Below are positions 8,919 to 18,342 of a stretch of 53,984 nt of DNA, in pieces. The stretch is from the IMG/VR virus record IMGVR_UViG_3300032335_001026, positions 1 to 53,984 of that record. The stretch is one strand, 5' to 3'. Each line of letters begins with the position of its first letter. Position 1 is the first letter of the stretch. Origin of the DNA: a virus (Duplodnaviria > Caudoviricetes). Position numbers and translations under genes: made by a program. Below the pieces are notes generated by a model. That model did no database searches, was not told the origin of the DNA, and worked only from the letters and a program-made list of their open reading frames with translations.

Positions 8919-10192
8919 CAGTTGAGCATCCCATATTCGCGCAGCAGGCGCGCTTTCTCGTCGTAGTTGCCGGGCGTCACGGCGAGACCGCCACGGGCGA
9001 AACTCTGTTCGGCTTCATACTCTGCCATGGCGGCGGCGGGAATAGCCATGCCCGGAGCCCAGCCGTAACGCTTGAGGATGGAGATCAGCTTGTCGTCGAA
9101 CACGACATAATTGCGCGTGCCGTCGCCAGCGCCACGGCTGCCTTGGTCAAGGTATTTGATGCCCGCTACACCCTGATCGGCCATGCGCTTAGCGATTGCC
9201 GACGCGCTTTTAGCTGTAGGCGACAAATCAGAGCCGCGTTTCCATCCCGTCATGGCAGCATAAGCGCCAGAACCAGACATTTTGTCGGCAATATCCGGCA
9301 GGATGCGCGATTGTGCTGCTATTGCCCGTTCAACTTCAGGCTGTGCCAGAATAACCGCCCGCAACTTCTCGCTCTGCCCGCTCAACGGCGCATCGTAGTC
9401 CAGAAAATCAGCCGGGTCTGCGTCGATGCGGACTTGATACATGGAGCCTTTAGGTACGTCCATTGTTTTACGAAATGCCTCAATCAAATCAGGAGTAAGT
9501 TCTTTTCCTGAATAATTAGCAAAGTCTCTAGCCGCAACTTCTGGGAACAAATTATTTGTTGTTCGTGCAAAAGTCATCGCATGTCCTCTGTCGTTCGGAG
9601 ACAGACCTATTTTTTTAAACTCTATCGAGTTCATAGCGCCTTTAGTCAGCGCATCGCGATACCCCTGCGCCACATCTTCGTTCTCCGCAAAATACAGCCC
9701 GTGGCCATACGCCTGCGCGCCTTCGCCTGTGCCAATCTTGCTCATGTCGAAGCGGTCAAACGTGTGCGGGCTGCCGTGATAGGCGATGATGCCTCGCGGC
9801 TTGACTGCCAGCGGTGCCACCTTCTTCAGTGCCTTACCCGCGCCGGGCAACGGCAGTGCGGCAAGGGCCACATTGGCCGCAGCCGCTCCACGACGTCCCT
9901 CGCGGGCAGCCAGCGCCGCCTCGTTACCCACGAACGCGGCACCAACGTGCGTGAAGTCGGCCAAGTCAATCAGCTTGTCGGCGTTCCTGCGCCCAACGCG
10001 CACCGCCAGTTTGTCGCGGAGCTGATCACGCCACGATGGCTCGCGCGCCTCAAGGCGGCCACGCCCGACGATGTCCGTCGGATCGAGCAGATCGGCGACA
10101 TCGGCGCTGGGCGCGCTGTAGTCCACACTGAACTCGCCGCCGCGCTGCAGGCGCTGGGGTGTCACGGCGAAGGGAAAGTCGGTGGAGCGCAT
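8575..10192 (-). repeat. Duplicated leader-coding sequence of the two effector genes
   Basis: 47-nt identity 8707-8753 = 9969-10015; 45 nt with one mismatch 8839-8883 vs 10104-10148. Confidence 0.9.
8918..10192 (-). CDS. Putative virion-delivered effector A: shared leader plus ADP-ribosyltransferase-like (ART-PolyVal-like) domain
   Basis: AYHGS..F..F...IGTGEG.QAYG.GLYFA, GIKYLD...NYVVFD; C-terminal FARGGLAV. Confidence 0.7.
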   Translation of the reverse strand: MRSTDFPFAVTPQRLQRGGEFSVDYSAPSADVADLLDPTDIVGRGRLEAREPSWRDQLRDKLAVRVGRRNADKLIDLADFTHVGAAFVGNEAALAAREGRRGAAAANVALAALPLPGAGKALKKVAPLAVKPRGIIAYHGSPHTFDRFDMSKIGTGEGAQAYGHGLYFAENEDVAQGYRDALTKGAMNSIEFKKIGLSPNDRGHAMTFARTTNNLFPEVAARDFANYSGKELTPDLIEAFRKTMDVPKGSMYQVRIDADPADFLDYDAPLSGQSEKLRAVILAQPEVERAIAAQSRILPDIADKMSGSGAYAAMTGWKRGSDLSPTAKSASAIAKRMADQGVAGIKYLDQGSRGAGDGTRNYVVFDDKLISILKRYGWAPGMAIPAAAMAEYEAEQSFARGGLAVTPGNYDEKARLLREYGMLN

Positions 10193-13100
10193 TATCGCGG
10201 GCCTCCGGGCATGGTGGACAGACCACTCATGTCTTCTTCTGGCTGGTCAGCAGCAACCGTGCCCGCCGTCGCCCCCCGCGAAATCGAGCTCAACGTACTC
10301 GCCAACTTGGAAAGCCTGTCAGGCGATGTGCGCTGCAGCAAACTGGCCGCCAGCGTCGGGTCGAGCATAGCCTCGCGTGCGAGAGCCGATATCGCGCCAG
10401 TGTCAGCCACGGCACCTATCACGAAGTCCAGCATGCGCGTCGCACGTCCGGCACCCGGCACAACACCCTCCACCACCAAACGCGCGACTTTGTCCGCAAG
10501 GAAGTTTTTGTTGAGCGCAGTGTCGCTGCCGCTTGTGCGCGCGGCCGTGTTGGCGAAACGCAACGCCTTCAACTGCCGCCGCACCTCGGTCAGAACCCGT
10601 GTCTGCTCGGCCGTGAACAGGTTGGTGTTGCTGACCTTCTGCAACACCGTGTTCAGGTTTTCCAAGGTACGCATCGGCGGGGCCACCACGTCGCCGCTCG
10701 CGGTCATGCCGCCCTTCAGATCACCCGGCAGTATAAAGTCCACCAGCGTCCGGCGCAGGCCAGCCTGAGCGTTTTGATCGTTGCGTACAGCCCCCGCCAT
10801 GTTCCGCAGAGCGCGGCCGTCATCCTTGGCCCTGACGGCGGCAGCAACCGACTCGGACGGGCTCACGGTCGCGGTTCTGAGACGCCCCAGAGGCGATGCG
10901 GCAAAAGCCTCCGCCAACGCGGCGGCGTCCCTCGCCGCAGTCACGTCAGCCATCAGGCCCGGATACTCTGCCAGAACCGGCCCGTAGCGGTTCGGTGACA
11001 TCAGGGTGCTGATGGCATCGGCATCATTTCCGGCGGCGGTCAGCGCCCGGCGCAGCTCCTCCCGCGCCGCCTGCTCTGCGGCTTCAGGCCCTGCGGCGGT
11101 GACCAACCGGCGCGTTGCCGTGCCGCCAGTGATGTTGCCGGGGACGACCGTACCCGGCACCCGCGAGGTATCCAACGTCGGGCGGGCGAAGGGATCTGTC
11201 GCCAGAACCCGTCCCGGTTCGTTTTCCGCGAATGTCGTCTTGAAGTTGCGATAGGCGGCACCCGCCTCCCGCAACGCCTCTGCCCGAGCGGGGCCGGCTT
11301 GGGACAACAGCAAACCTTCGGTCGCATTTGCTGCCGCCGAGGCAAGGGCACCAGAACGCGCATCGCTCATCTTGAGCAAGCGAGACTGCCTACGCAAATC
11401 TTCAGCGATACGTTCGACTTGGCGCGCTGACATCACGTCGGCGTTTTCGAGTTGCCGTATCAGGGACGAAACGCTGCTATCGGCTGGCAATCCCGCGCCG
11501 GGAAAAAACCTTCTGCGAAGGGTCATCAAAGATGTTTGGAAAGGCGACAACAACGACCGGCCTTCCGCCACATCAGCACCACCGCTGAGAAACTCAACGT
11601 CGGCCGCTGTTACCGGCTGCTCAGGCAGATCATTGATATCGCGATACAGCGCATCCCAATCGTCCGCGCGCATTTGCTCGGGGTCGAGATTACGCTCATC
11701 CAAAATCTGTGAAATGTAGTTTTGGTTTTGCTGCCGTGCCTGCACTTCCGCTCGCGTTAGCTGGCCTTCCGCGTTCATAACGCGTTTACCAGCGGCACCC
11801 CGCCCAGTGGAGGCCAGATCATCTACCAAGGTGGTGAGAAAATCATTTGCGCCGTAATCGTCAGGCGCGCCGTCAGGTTCCTTCGAGATGAAGCCTCGTT
11901 CACGCGCAGACTGAACTATCTTGTCCAACTCCATGCGCGGATTGGCTTTGTTGTTGTAGAGATCCGGACGCTGTTTAGGCCCGTACCCCAACCTCGACAG
12001 CTCGCGCCCCAATGGGCTTTCTGGATGCACTTGGCCTTTGAGCATGCCGGCGAGTGTGCCGCCCTGCGCTCGCATACCCGCCGCCTCGGCATCAGGAATG
12101 CGCTCTTTGAGCGTTTCTTGAACGTAACGGGTGAACCGGCCGACAGCGTCATCACCACCGGGGGGCGCACCAACACCGACATCAATCGCACCGACCTGTA
12201 TAGGCTCGGCGTCCTCGGGGATCGCGCGATACTGCTCGCGAACATCCGCCTTGGCTTGCTTCGCCCGCTCAACGAGTTGCGCCCGCAATACCTCACCTGA
12301 CACGTCAGGCGGGTTGAGCGAGCCAACACGCTCCCCGGCTCGCCGTGTCGCGGCCTCGAGTGCGTTTTGCTGTGCGGTCGCCGCCGCAACCAGCGCCTCG
12401 GGATCACCCTGACCCGCCGCTTCGCTGACCGCCCTAGCGCGTGCGGCCATGTTGGCCTGCATGCGGTTGCTCATCTCAGCGGCGGCGGTCACGTCCGTGT
12501 TGCCCAAGACGCGCTGCAAGGATGCCAGACCGGCGTCACCAGCCACCTCGGCAGTCGTGGGAGCAACGCCGGGCAGCGTGTTCATGTCCAACTGCTGCTG
12601 GATGGAGCGAACAGCATTCGCGGGATCGATAGCGTAGCGCTGCAAGAGGGAAGCGGCACCGTTTTTGGCGAAGTCAGTCGATAGCGGGGAGAGCAAAGTC
12701 GTCAACGCCGTCTTGATGCTGGGGAAAGCCGCCACGGGTACGATGCCCCCAGCCAGTCCGGCGACAAACTGACCGAAGTCGCCGTAACCCGCCTCCTCGG
12801 CTACCGCGCTCGAAAGTCCGCTGGTGCCGCCGGCAACGCTCTGCAAGACGGGTTGGGAGGCCAGCGTCTCGCCGATCGCGGCGACAACAGGCGCGCCATA
12901 CTTGGCCATCAGTTGGCCGATACCGACGCCAGACAGCGCGCCGCCGAGACCCTCGCCAGTGCGCTCAACTAGCTCTTGGTTAGGGGCAGTCGGCTGGAAG
13001 TAGTCCAAGGCACCGCCGATCGTCTGCGGGTTCTTCAGGCCCTCAACGATATCGGTCGGGGCACCAAACAACTCAGCCACAGAACCCATGCCGTAGCCCA

Positions 13101-13461
13101 GCCCACGGGCCAGCATGTCGGGGAGGCCAGCAACGCCTTTGACGATGCCTTTGGAGAACGTCGCGGGCAGGGCGTAGGCATCCGCGTCTTGCACCGGGGC
13201 GGGGCTCACATCGCCACCAAACTCCGCCGCAAGTGCGGCGTAGTCAGAAGGCGGTATATCGACAGTAGCAACTGGCTCTACATCTGCACCCGGAACGCCA
13301 CGCGGCACGCCAGACTTCTCGGCAGGCGGTGCCGTCCTCTCAGGCGAGACATTCACCCGCAGAACGGGCCGACCCGTCTTGTCCGTCGTCATGCCGCCAG
13401 CAGCGTCAGTTTCGATGTTGCCGCCAAGTTGACGAGCCAATGCCTCGTAATCTGTGGCCAT
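10192..13461 (-). CDS. Large internal virion / DNA ejection protein
   Basis: 1089 aa, Ala-rich and helical with Gly-rich hydrophobic segments; distal position in the virion operon. Confidence 0.65.
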   Translation of the reverse strand: MATDYEALARQLGGNIETDAAGGMTTDKTGRPVLRVNVSPERTAPPAEKSGVPRGVPGADVEPVATVDIPPSDYAALAAEFGGDVSPAPVQDADAYALPATFSKGIVKGVAGLPDMLARGLGYGMGSVAELFGAPTDIVEGLKNPQTIGGALDYFQPTAPNQELVERTGEGLGGALSGVGIGQLMAKYGAPVVAAIGETLASQPVLQSVAGGTSGLSSAVAEEAGYGDFGQFVAGLAGGIVPVAAFPSIKTALTTLLSPLSTDFAKNGAASLLQRYAIDPANAVRSIQQQLDMNTLPGVAPTTAEVAGDAGLASLQRVLGNTDVTAAAEMSNRMQANMAARARAVSEAAGQGDPEALVAAATAQQNALEAATRRAGERVGSLNPPDVSGEVLRAQLVERAKQAKADVREQYRAIPEDAEPIQVGAIDVGVGAPPGGDDAVGRFTRYVQETLKERIPDAEAAGMRAQGGTLAGMLKGQVHPESPLGRELSRLGYGPKQRPDLYNNKANPRMELDKIVQSARERGFISKEPDGAPDDYGANDFLTTLVDDLASTGRGAAGKRVMNAEGQLTRAEVQARQQNQNYISQILDERNLDPEQMRADDWDALYRDINDLPEQPVTAADVEFLSGGADVAEGRSLLSPFQTSLMTLRRRFFPGAGLPADSSVSSLIRQLENADVMSARQVERIAEDLRRQSRLLKMSDARSGALASAAANATEGLLLSQAGPARAEALREAGAAYRNFKTTFAENEPGRVLATDPFARPTLDTSRVPGTVVPGNITGGTATRRLVTAAGPEAAEQAAREELRRALTAAGNDADAISTLMSPNRYGPVLAEYPGLMADVTAARDAAALAEAFAASPLGRLRTATVSPSESVAAAVRAKDDGRALRNMAGAVRNDQNAQAGLRRTLVDFILPGDLKGGMTASGDVVAPPMRTLENLNTVLQKVSNTNLFTAEQTRVLTEVRRQLKALRFANTAARTSGSDTALNKNFLADKVARLVVEGVVPGAGRATRMLDFVIGAVADTGAISALAREAMLDPTLAASLLQRTSPDRLSKLASTLSSISRGATAGTVAADQPEEDMSGLSTMPGGPR

Positions 13462-14240
13462 TACCGGATCCCAGCCTTGCGCTTGAACACGTCCGCAGCT
13501 TGCTGATTTGGAAAGGTGGCAACCCTCCCGTCAGGCAACGGCACCCGTACCTTCTGTGCGGGCGCAGAATACTTATCGGTTAGTTGGCCCATTTCACGAT
13601 CGAGATAATCCCGAACACGCTGTGTCTGCGACAGGAACTGTTCGCTGCTTTGATTGGGATCTAGGTTGGCGATCGAGGCTGCCATGCGCTGCGCCTCAAT
13701 CGGCGAGTTCACCATTCCAGTGACACCGCCTTGATTGATTTGCGCCATTTTAGCTATCATGTCCTGCATCAACCTAGCCTTGATGGACTCATTTACGGCT
13801 TCAAAGTCAACGCGGGGCTGATCCAGAAGGCCCCCAATAATCGGTAGATTTGTGATTATTTCAGCCGGTCTTCCGGCAGTGAGAAAGTTGTCCCTCGCCA
13901 TCTTTTCAGCTTTTTCCAGCTCAGTAAGCGTAGACTGCAAACCCGCCAGACGTGATGGGTCAGCAGCCTTCGCCTTTGGCGGCGGTTGCCCGGGGTTGAG
14001 GAAAAACCTGCCCAAACCATCGATCTGGTAGCTGACATTCGGATCGAGCCCTTGGGCCTTCACCTCTTCGGGAGTGGCTCGCCTGCGCTTCGACGCTAAC
14101 GCGTTGCGACGCTCCGCAGCCAGAGCGATAGCGGCAGACGTCTGCGACGCCGCCGCCGACGCACCGCTCTGGGTGATCCCGGCCTCAATGTCGCGCTCCT
14201 TGAGCGTTGGCTTGTCAAACTGATCGTAAGGGTTCGCCAT
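13461..14240 (-). CDS. Putative ejection/internal virion protein
   Basis: Coupled ORF (MANPYDQFD) in the ejection cluster. Confidence 0.6.
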   Translation of the reverse strand: MANPYDQFDKPTLKERDIEAGITQSGASAAASQTSAAIALAAERRNALASKRRRATPEEVKAQGLDPNVSYQIDGLGRFFLNPGQPPPKAKAADPSRLAGLQSTLTELEKAEKMARDNFLTAGRPAEIITNLPIIGGLLDQPRVDFEAVNESIKARLMQDMIAKMAQINQGGVTGMVNSPIEAQRMAASIANLDPNQSSEQFLSQTQRVRDYLDREMGQLTDKYSAPAQKVRVPLPDGRVATFPNQQAADVFKRKAGIR

Positions 14241-14929
14241 CACTTCCCTCCGAGGTAACGAGCGGCAGCATCCGGGCCGTATTTAGCGTCAAACGCAGCG
14301 GCGGTGGCCGGGTTGGCCTTGAGAAACGCCACTGCGGCAGGAGGCGGTGCTGCCGTTGCGCCCCCGGCAGATCCGGGATTAACAGGCTCGGCTGTGTCCA
14401 TGTACTCCAGCCGGCCGGTTACCGGGTTGAAGCCAGTGCGACGCTTGCCCGCCGCCGCCTGCGCAGCCAGCGCCCGGCCCAACAGCGTGCCGCTGCCAGA
14501 CATGCGCGACTGCAGAAGCTGCAACTGCTTCTGGCCGATGTCCATGCCATACTTTTCGGCAAGTGCGTCACGATCCATCATGGCCGCACGTTTGGCTTTC
14601 TCCTGCTCGCCCAGCACCATGCTCAGGTTGCCCATCGATTCGGAGAACTTGCCGGTGCGCGTCGGGCGGCTGAGCGCGGCCGAGATAGCCAGCAGACGCT
14701 CTGCGGCACTCGGCCCGACGCGCTGGTCGCGCAGGCGATCACGGGCCTGCGTCAGCATCATCATGTTTTTGCTGATCTGGTTTTCGACGGAGGCCTGATC
14801 CGTCCGATACGCCCTGAAGGCGTCGATTGCGCTGGGCAGACCGCCCATCGGAGACATCCCAGAAACGTCATCGGCCGCATCTGGGTCAAGCATTTCGCTG
14901 TCGAATGGCGAGATATAATTTTCCAGCAT
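14240..14929 (-). CDS. Putative ejection/internal virion protein
   Basis: Coiled coil; C-terminal AFDAKYGPDAAARYL motif. Confidence 0.6.
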   Translation of the reverse strand: MLENYISPFDSEMLDPDAADDVSGMSPMGGLPSAIDAFRAYRTDQASVENQISKNMMMLTQARDRLRDQRVGPSAAERLLAISAALSRPTRTGKFSESMGNLSMVLGEQEKAKRAAMMDRDALAEKYGMDIGQKQLQLLQSRMSGSGTLLGRALAAQAAAGKRRTGFNPVTGRLEYMDTAEPVNPGSAGGATAAPPPAAVAFLKANPATAAAFDAKYGPDAAARYLGGK

Positions 14930-14939
14930 ACCGAGGCCC

Positions 14940-16061
14940 TTAGAAAATGCCGGCGTCTTTGAGCGCCTTGAACGCGCCCGCGAGGCCCGTCACCGTGCTG
15001 ACGCCCGCCTGCAACGCGCCCGGCGCGTAGGTTTGATCTTGCCCCGGCGCGCCGTAGCCCTGTTGCAGTTTGGCCTGCGGAACGGCGGGGGCCACGGCCG
15101 CCAGCGTCTGCGACATCGCGCCCAACTGCTGTTGCGGGTAGGCAAACTGCTCGCGGCGGTCGGCCTCGGCGAGGTCGAGGTTGCGCTGCGTCTGGCCCTG
15201 CTGCAACGCACCCACCTGCTGTAGCGCGCCCGCTCCGGTGAGTTCTTGCGCCTGCCGCTGCTGGCCGAGCGCGCCCATCTGTTGCGCCGCTGAAAGCTGC
15301 GTCGAGGTATCTGCGCCGTACAGTTGGCCGGTACGCGCGCCGAGATCGGCGAGGATTTGCTGCTGAGCCTGCGTCAGGCCCCCGGCGGTGCTGGCGAGGG
15401 CGGCTTGACGCGACAGGTCAGTCTGCGCCGCCTGCTGCGCCTGCCCGTAGCCCTGCTGAAGCGCCTGCGCCTGCTGGGCACTGATGCCCTCCATCGTGTC
15501 GCGGATGCCGCGCCCCGTCAGCTCTGCCTGCCGCGTGCCGCCAAACTGGCCGGCGCGGATCATCGCGCCTTCAATGCCGGGCAGAATTTGCTCGCGAAGG
15601 GTACGCGCGCCCACCTCGCCGATGCGGTTGACGACGGCGTCCTGATACGGGTTCATGTACTGGCCGACGACCTGCGGCGCGGTCTGGGCCGCTTGCCCTA
15701 AAAAGGGCTGGGCGGCGTCAACACCGGACATGCCCGCCGCCTGCCCCATCAGCGGCTGCGCCGCGCCCAGCGCCGATCGGCCAAATGCGCCCTGCGTCTG
15801 CTGCGAGGCCATATCAAGGGCCGGTCGAAACGACATGGCACCCTGCCGCGTGGCTTGGAAGCCGGCCTGCTGGTCGGGCGTGAAATCGGCGATGCGCGGC
15901 CCTTGGGACATCGAGAAGGGCCGGTTGGCCACGGCCCGCTGCTGCGACAGGATATCCATCGCGTAGTTGGTGTACCAGTCCGGCAACACGTTCTGCGTCG
16001 TGGACGCGTAGGGCTGCGCTTGGATCGGCTGCCCCTCTGTCATGAAGTCAAAAATACCCAT
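14940..16061 (-). CDS. Gln/Ala/Gly-rich DNA ejection (pilot-like) protein
   Basis: YMNPY....V, AGQFGGTRQ, Q-rich helical repeats. Confidence 0.7.
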   Translation of the reverse strand: MGIFDFMTEGQPIQAQPYASTTQNVLPDWYTNYAMDILSQQRAVANRPFSMSQGPRIADFTPDQQAGFQATRQGAMSFRPALDMASQQTQGAFGRSALGAAQPLMGQAAGMSGVDAAQPFLGQAAQTAPQVVGQYMNPYQDAVVNRIGEVGARTLREQILPGIEGAMIRAGQFGGTRQAELTGRGIRDTMEGISAQQAQALQQGYGQAQQAAQTDLSRQAALASTAGGLTQAQQQILADLGARTGQLYGADTSTQLSAAQQMGALGQQRQAQELTGAGALQQVGALQQGQTQRNLDLAEADRREQFAYPQQQLGAMSQTLAAVAPAVPQAKLQQGYGAPGQDQTYAPGALQAGVSTVTGLAGAFKALKDAGIF

Positions 16062-18109
16062 TACACGCGGCCCCCAGAGAGGTAATTCTCAGGCCGTTTA
16101 GCGTTAGCACTAAACTTGCCCTTGGCCAAGTTGCGGCCCTTGTGTTTGCGGATGTTGACGCGCAGGTCGTCGAGGCGCTCGGCACCCGCCTTCCCCGATC
16201 CGTCGCCCAGCATGGCGACCGTCTCGGCGTCGATGACATACTCCCCGTCGCTCAGCAGCGCGGGGATCTCGTCACTGCGGCCGGTGCCGGCCCCGTTGAC
16301 GGCGCGGCTCTTGCGCGGCGCGCTCCCGCCCTTCGCGGCGAACATGCCACCCTCGGCGAAGTTTTTGGGCGCGAATTGCGACATCTGCTGGCCGACCGGA
16401 CTTCGCATGTAGTCCGCGATCTGCGCGTCAGTCGCGCCGGGTGCCATCCGGCGCACGTAGTTCGCCACCTCATTACCCGGCGGTATGTAGCCCATGGGCT
16501 CGACGGGGGTGTTGGCCGCCAGAGCCGCCCTGTATTCGGCCGGGGTGCGCGGCACGTTCTCGAAGAAGGACTGCGCCGGGCTGTAGCCGTAGCGCGCGAA
16601 GTCAACGCCGCTCATGTCGCGAGGTGCGAAGGATTGCGGCGCGAAGTTGCCCCGCGCGGCCGGAAGCTGCGCGCCGAAGACTGGATTGAGCGAGGATGCC
16701 GTGCCGATCGCGCCAGCGCCTGTTCCAAGGCTGCCAGCGCCACCGCCCTTGCCGCCGCCCGTGTTGATACCGAGCAAGCCGGTGATGGTGTCGAGGGCCG
16801 ACAAACCGGTGAGGACTTTGCCGATAGTTGACTTCGTGCCGTCCTTCTGCGCCTGCTCTTTCGGCTGCTCGACGGCGCGCTCTGAGAGCGTCTGCGCGTT
16901 CTCTGGGCCGAGGGCATTTGCGGCAGCGGCACCAGCAGCAGCCGCGAGAGCGCTGTCGATACCGACAGGGTTCTTCGTTATGTCAACAACGATTTCCGGG
17001 TCTTCCGTTGCAGCCGGTTCGGTCTGACGGCCGAGCATGTCCGAGACCTGCGGCAGCGTTGGCGACAGGTTGCTGATCCCCGTGCTGAGCGCAGCGCCGC
17101 CGAGGCCGGAAAGCGCGGGAGAGACGGCGTTCCGCGCGGCTTGCACAAGGATTTCGCCCGGCACGCTGCCCGCGATCGCGCCGCCGAGGCCGGACAGCGA
17201 CGGGGCGACAAACGCCGGCAGAGACATGACACCACCGCCAAGACCGGCAACGGGCGCGTTAAGCGCGATGTCCAATCCCGGAGCCGTGCCGCCCGGAACC
17301 GGCGCAGCGCCGGACAACCCGCTCAACGCGCCAGCACTGAGTCCGGCGATAGCTGCCTTAGTAAGCGCAGTCTCCAAGGACGCGCCTGTACCAAGGCTGC
17401 CCGCAAACATCCCTCCAGCCGCGCCAAGACCGGCACCGAGGGCACCCGGCACAAGGGCCGTTGCGCCTTTGGCGAAAGCTCCGGGCAGGCCGATAACGCC
17501 CGCGCCCATAGCCGCAAGAGCGGCCGGCAAGGCTACATCAAGGAAGCCGTTGTTGTTCGGCTGGTTGGCGTACACATCTGCAAACGCGGTGCTCGGCTGG
17601 CCTTCCGGCGTTGCCGTCTGCACTTCCTTCTGGAGACGCACGTCAACTTTGGCACCGCCGCTTTTCGAAGCCGAGTTCGCGTACTCGACCAGCCGGGCAA
17701 CCTCCTCCGGCGTGGAGGCGGAACCGACCACTTGGCCGCCGATAGTCAGCCGGTAATTCGTATCGGGAAGTGCCTGAAAGTTGAGATTCTCGTACTCCTT
17801 GTTGCCGGTCAGCGACAAGATCGGCGCGGTCTTCGCGTAGTTGTACAGCGGATCGAGGGGGCTGAGCGTGCCGGGCTGGAGCGTGGAGAGGCCCCCAGCG
17901 GCGTTGAACAGCGGGCTGCGCCCCGCGAGGGCAGCGCCTTGTTGTATCTGCTGGAGTAGTTCAGGCGTCATCGCAGGCGCAGCAGGCTGCGCGGCGGCAG
18001 CCGGCAGACCGCCGTAGGCAGCAGGCTGCGACATCGGCTGCGCGTAAGACGTAGCAGCCGGCAGACCGCCGTATCCCGAGAAGTCGTCGAGGAACCCGTT
18101 GCCGTACAT
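16061..18109 (-). CDS. Virion protein with hydrophobic core and tape-measure-type C-terminal motif
   Basis: FAEGG...GAGTGRSDEIPALLSDGEYVIDAETV; ATG at 18109 via TGATG. Confidence 0.7.
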   Translation of the reverse strand: MYGNGFLDDFSGYGGLPAATSYAQPMSQPAAYGGLPAAAAQPAAPAMTPELLQQIQQGAALAGRSPLFNAAGGLSTLQPGTLSPLDPLYNYAKTAPILSLTGNKEYENLNFQALPDTNYRLTIGGQVVGSASTPEEVARLVEYANSASKSGGAKVDVRLQKEVQTATPEGQPSTAFADVYANQPNNNGFLDVALPAALAAMGAGVIGLPGAFAKGATALVPGALGAGLGAAGGMFAGSLGTGASLETALTKAAIAGLSAGALSGLSGAAPVPGGTAPGLDIALNAPVAGLGGGVMSLPAFVAPSLSGLGGAIAGSVPGEILVQAARNAVSPALSGLGGAALSTGISNLSPTLPQVSDMLGRQTEPAATEDPEIVVDITKNPVGIDSALAAAAGAAAANALGPENAQTLSERAVEQPKEQAQKDGTKSTIGKVLTGLSALDTITGLLGINTGGGKGGGAGSLGTGAGAIGTASSLNPVFGAQLPAARGNFAPQSFAPRDMSGVDFARYGYSPAQSFFENVPRTPAEYRAALAANTPVEPMGYIPPGNEVANYVRRMAPGATDAQIADYMRSPVGQQMSQFAPKNFAEGGMFAAKGGSAPRKSRAVNGAGTGRSDEIPALLSDGEYVIDAETVAMLGDGSGKAGAERLDDLRVNIRKHKGRNLAKGKFSANAKRPENYLSGGRV

Positions 18110-18342
18110 CAGCCAGCCTTTTCGAGCAGTGGGTAGACCCGCATGGCCCACTCGCGCCAATCATCGAACTGGAAGGGGTCTGGCACGGCGCGTGTTGAAA
18201 AGGGCGACGCGTTCAAAAAGCCCAGAGCCCACTTCTGCCAGTCGTTCTCGTCGGTGATCCGACCAAACGCCCACGCGTCATTGACCACCAATATAACAGA
18301 GTCCGCCCAGTCGCGTAAAGTCAAACCGCGCGGGTCGATCAC
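18109..18342 (-). CDS. Small Trp-rich virion-module protein
   Basis: Coupled ORF; DWQKWA, PDPFQFDDWREWA. Confidence 0.75.
   Translation of the reverse strand: MIDPRGLTLRDWADSVILVVNDAWAFGRITDENDWQKWALGFLNASPFSTRAVPDPFQFDDWREWAMRVYPLLEKAG

Noticed and set aside
8575-10192. Duplicated segments as DGR template/variable repeats
   Set aside because: No reverse transcriptase; differences are not adenine-specific; the repeats are N-terminal
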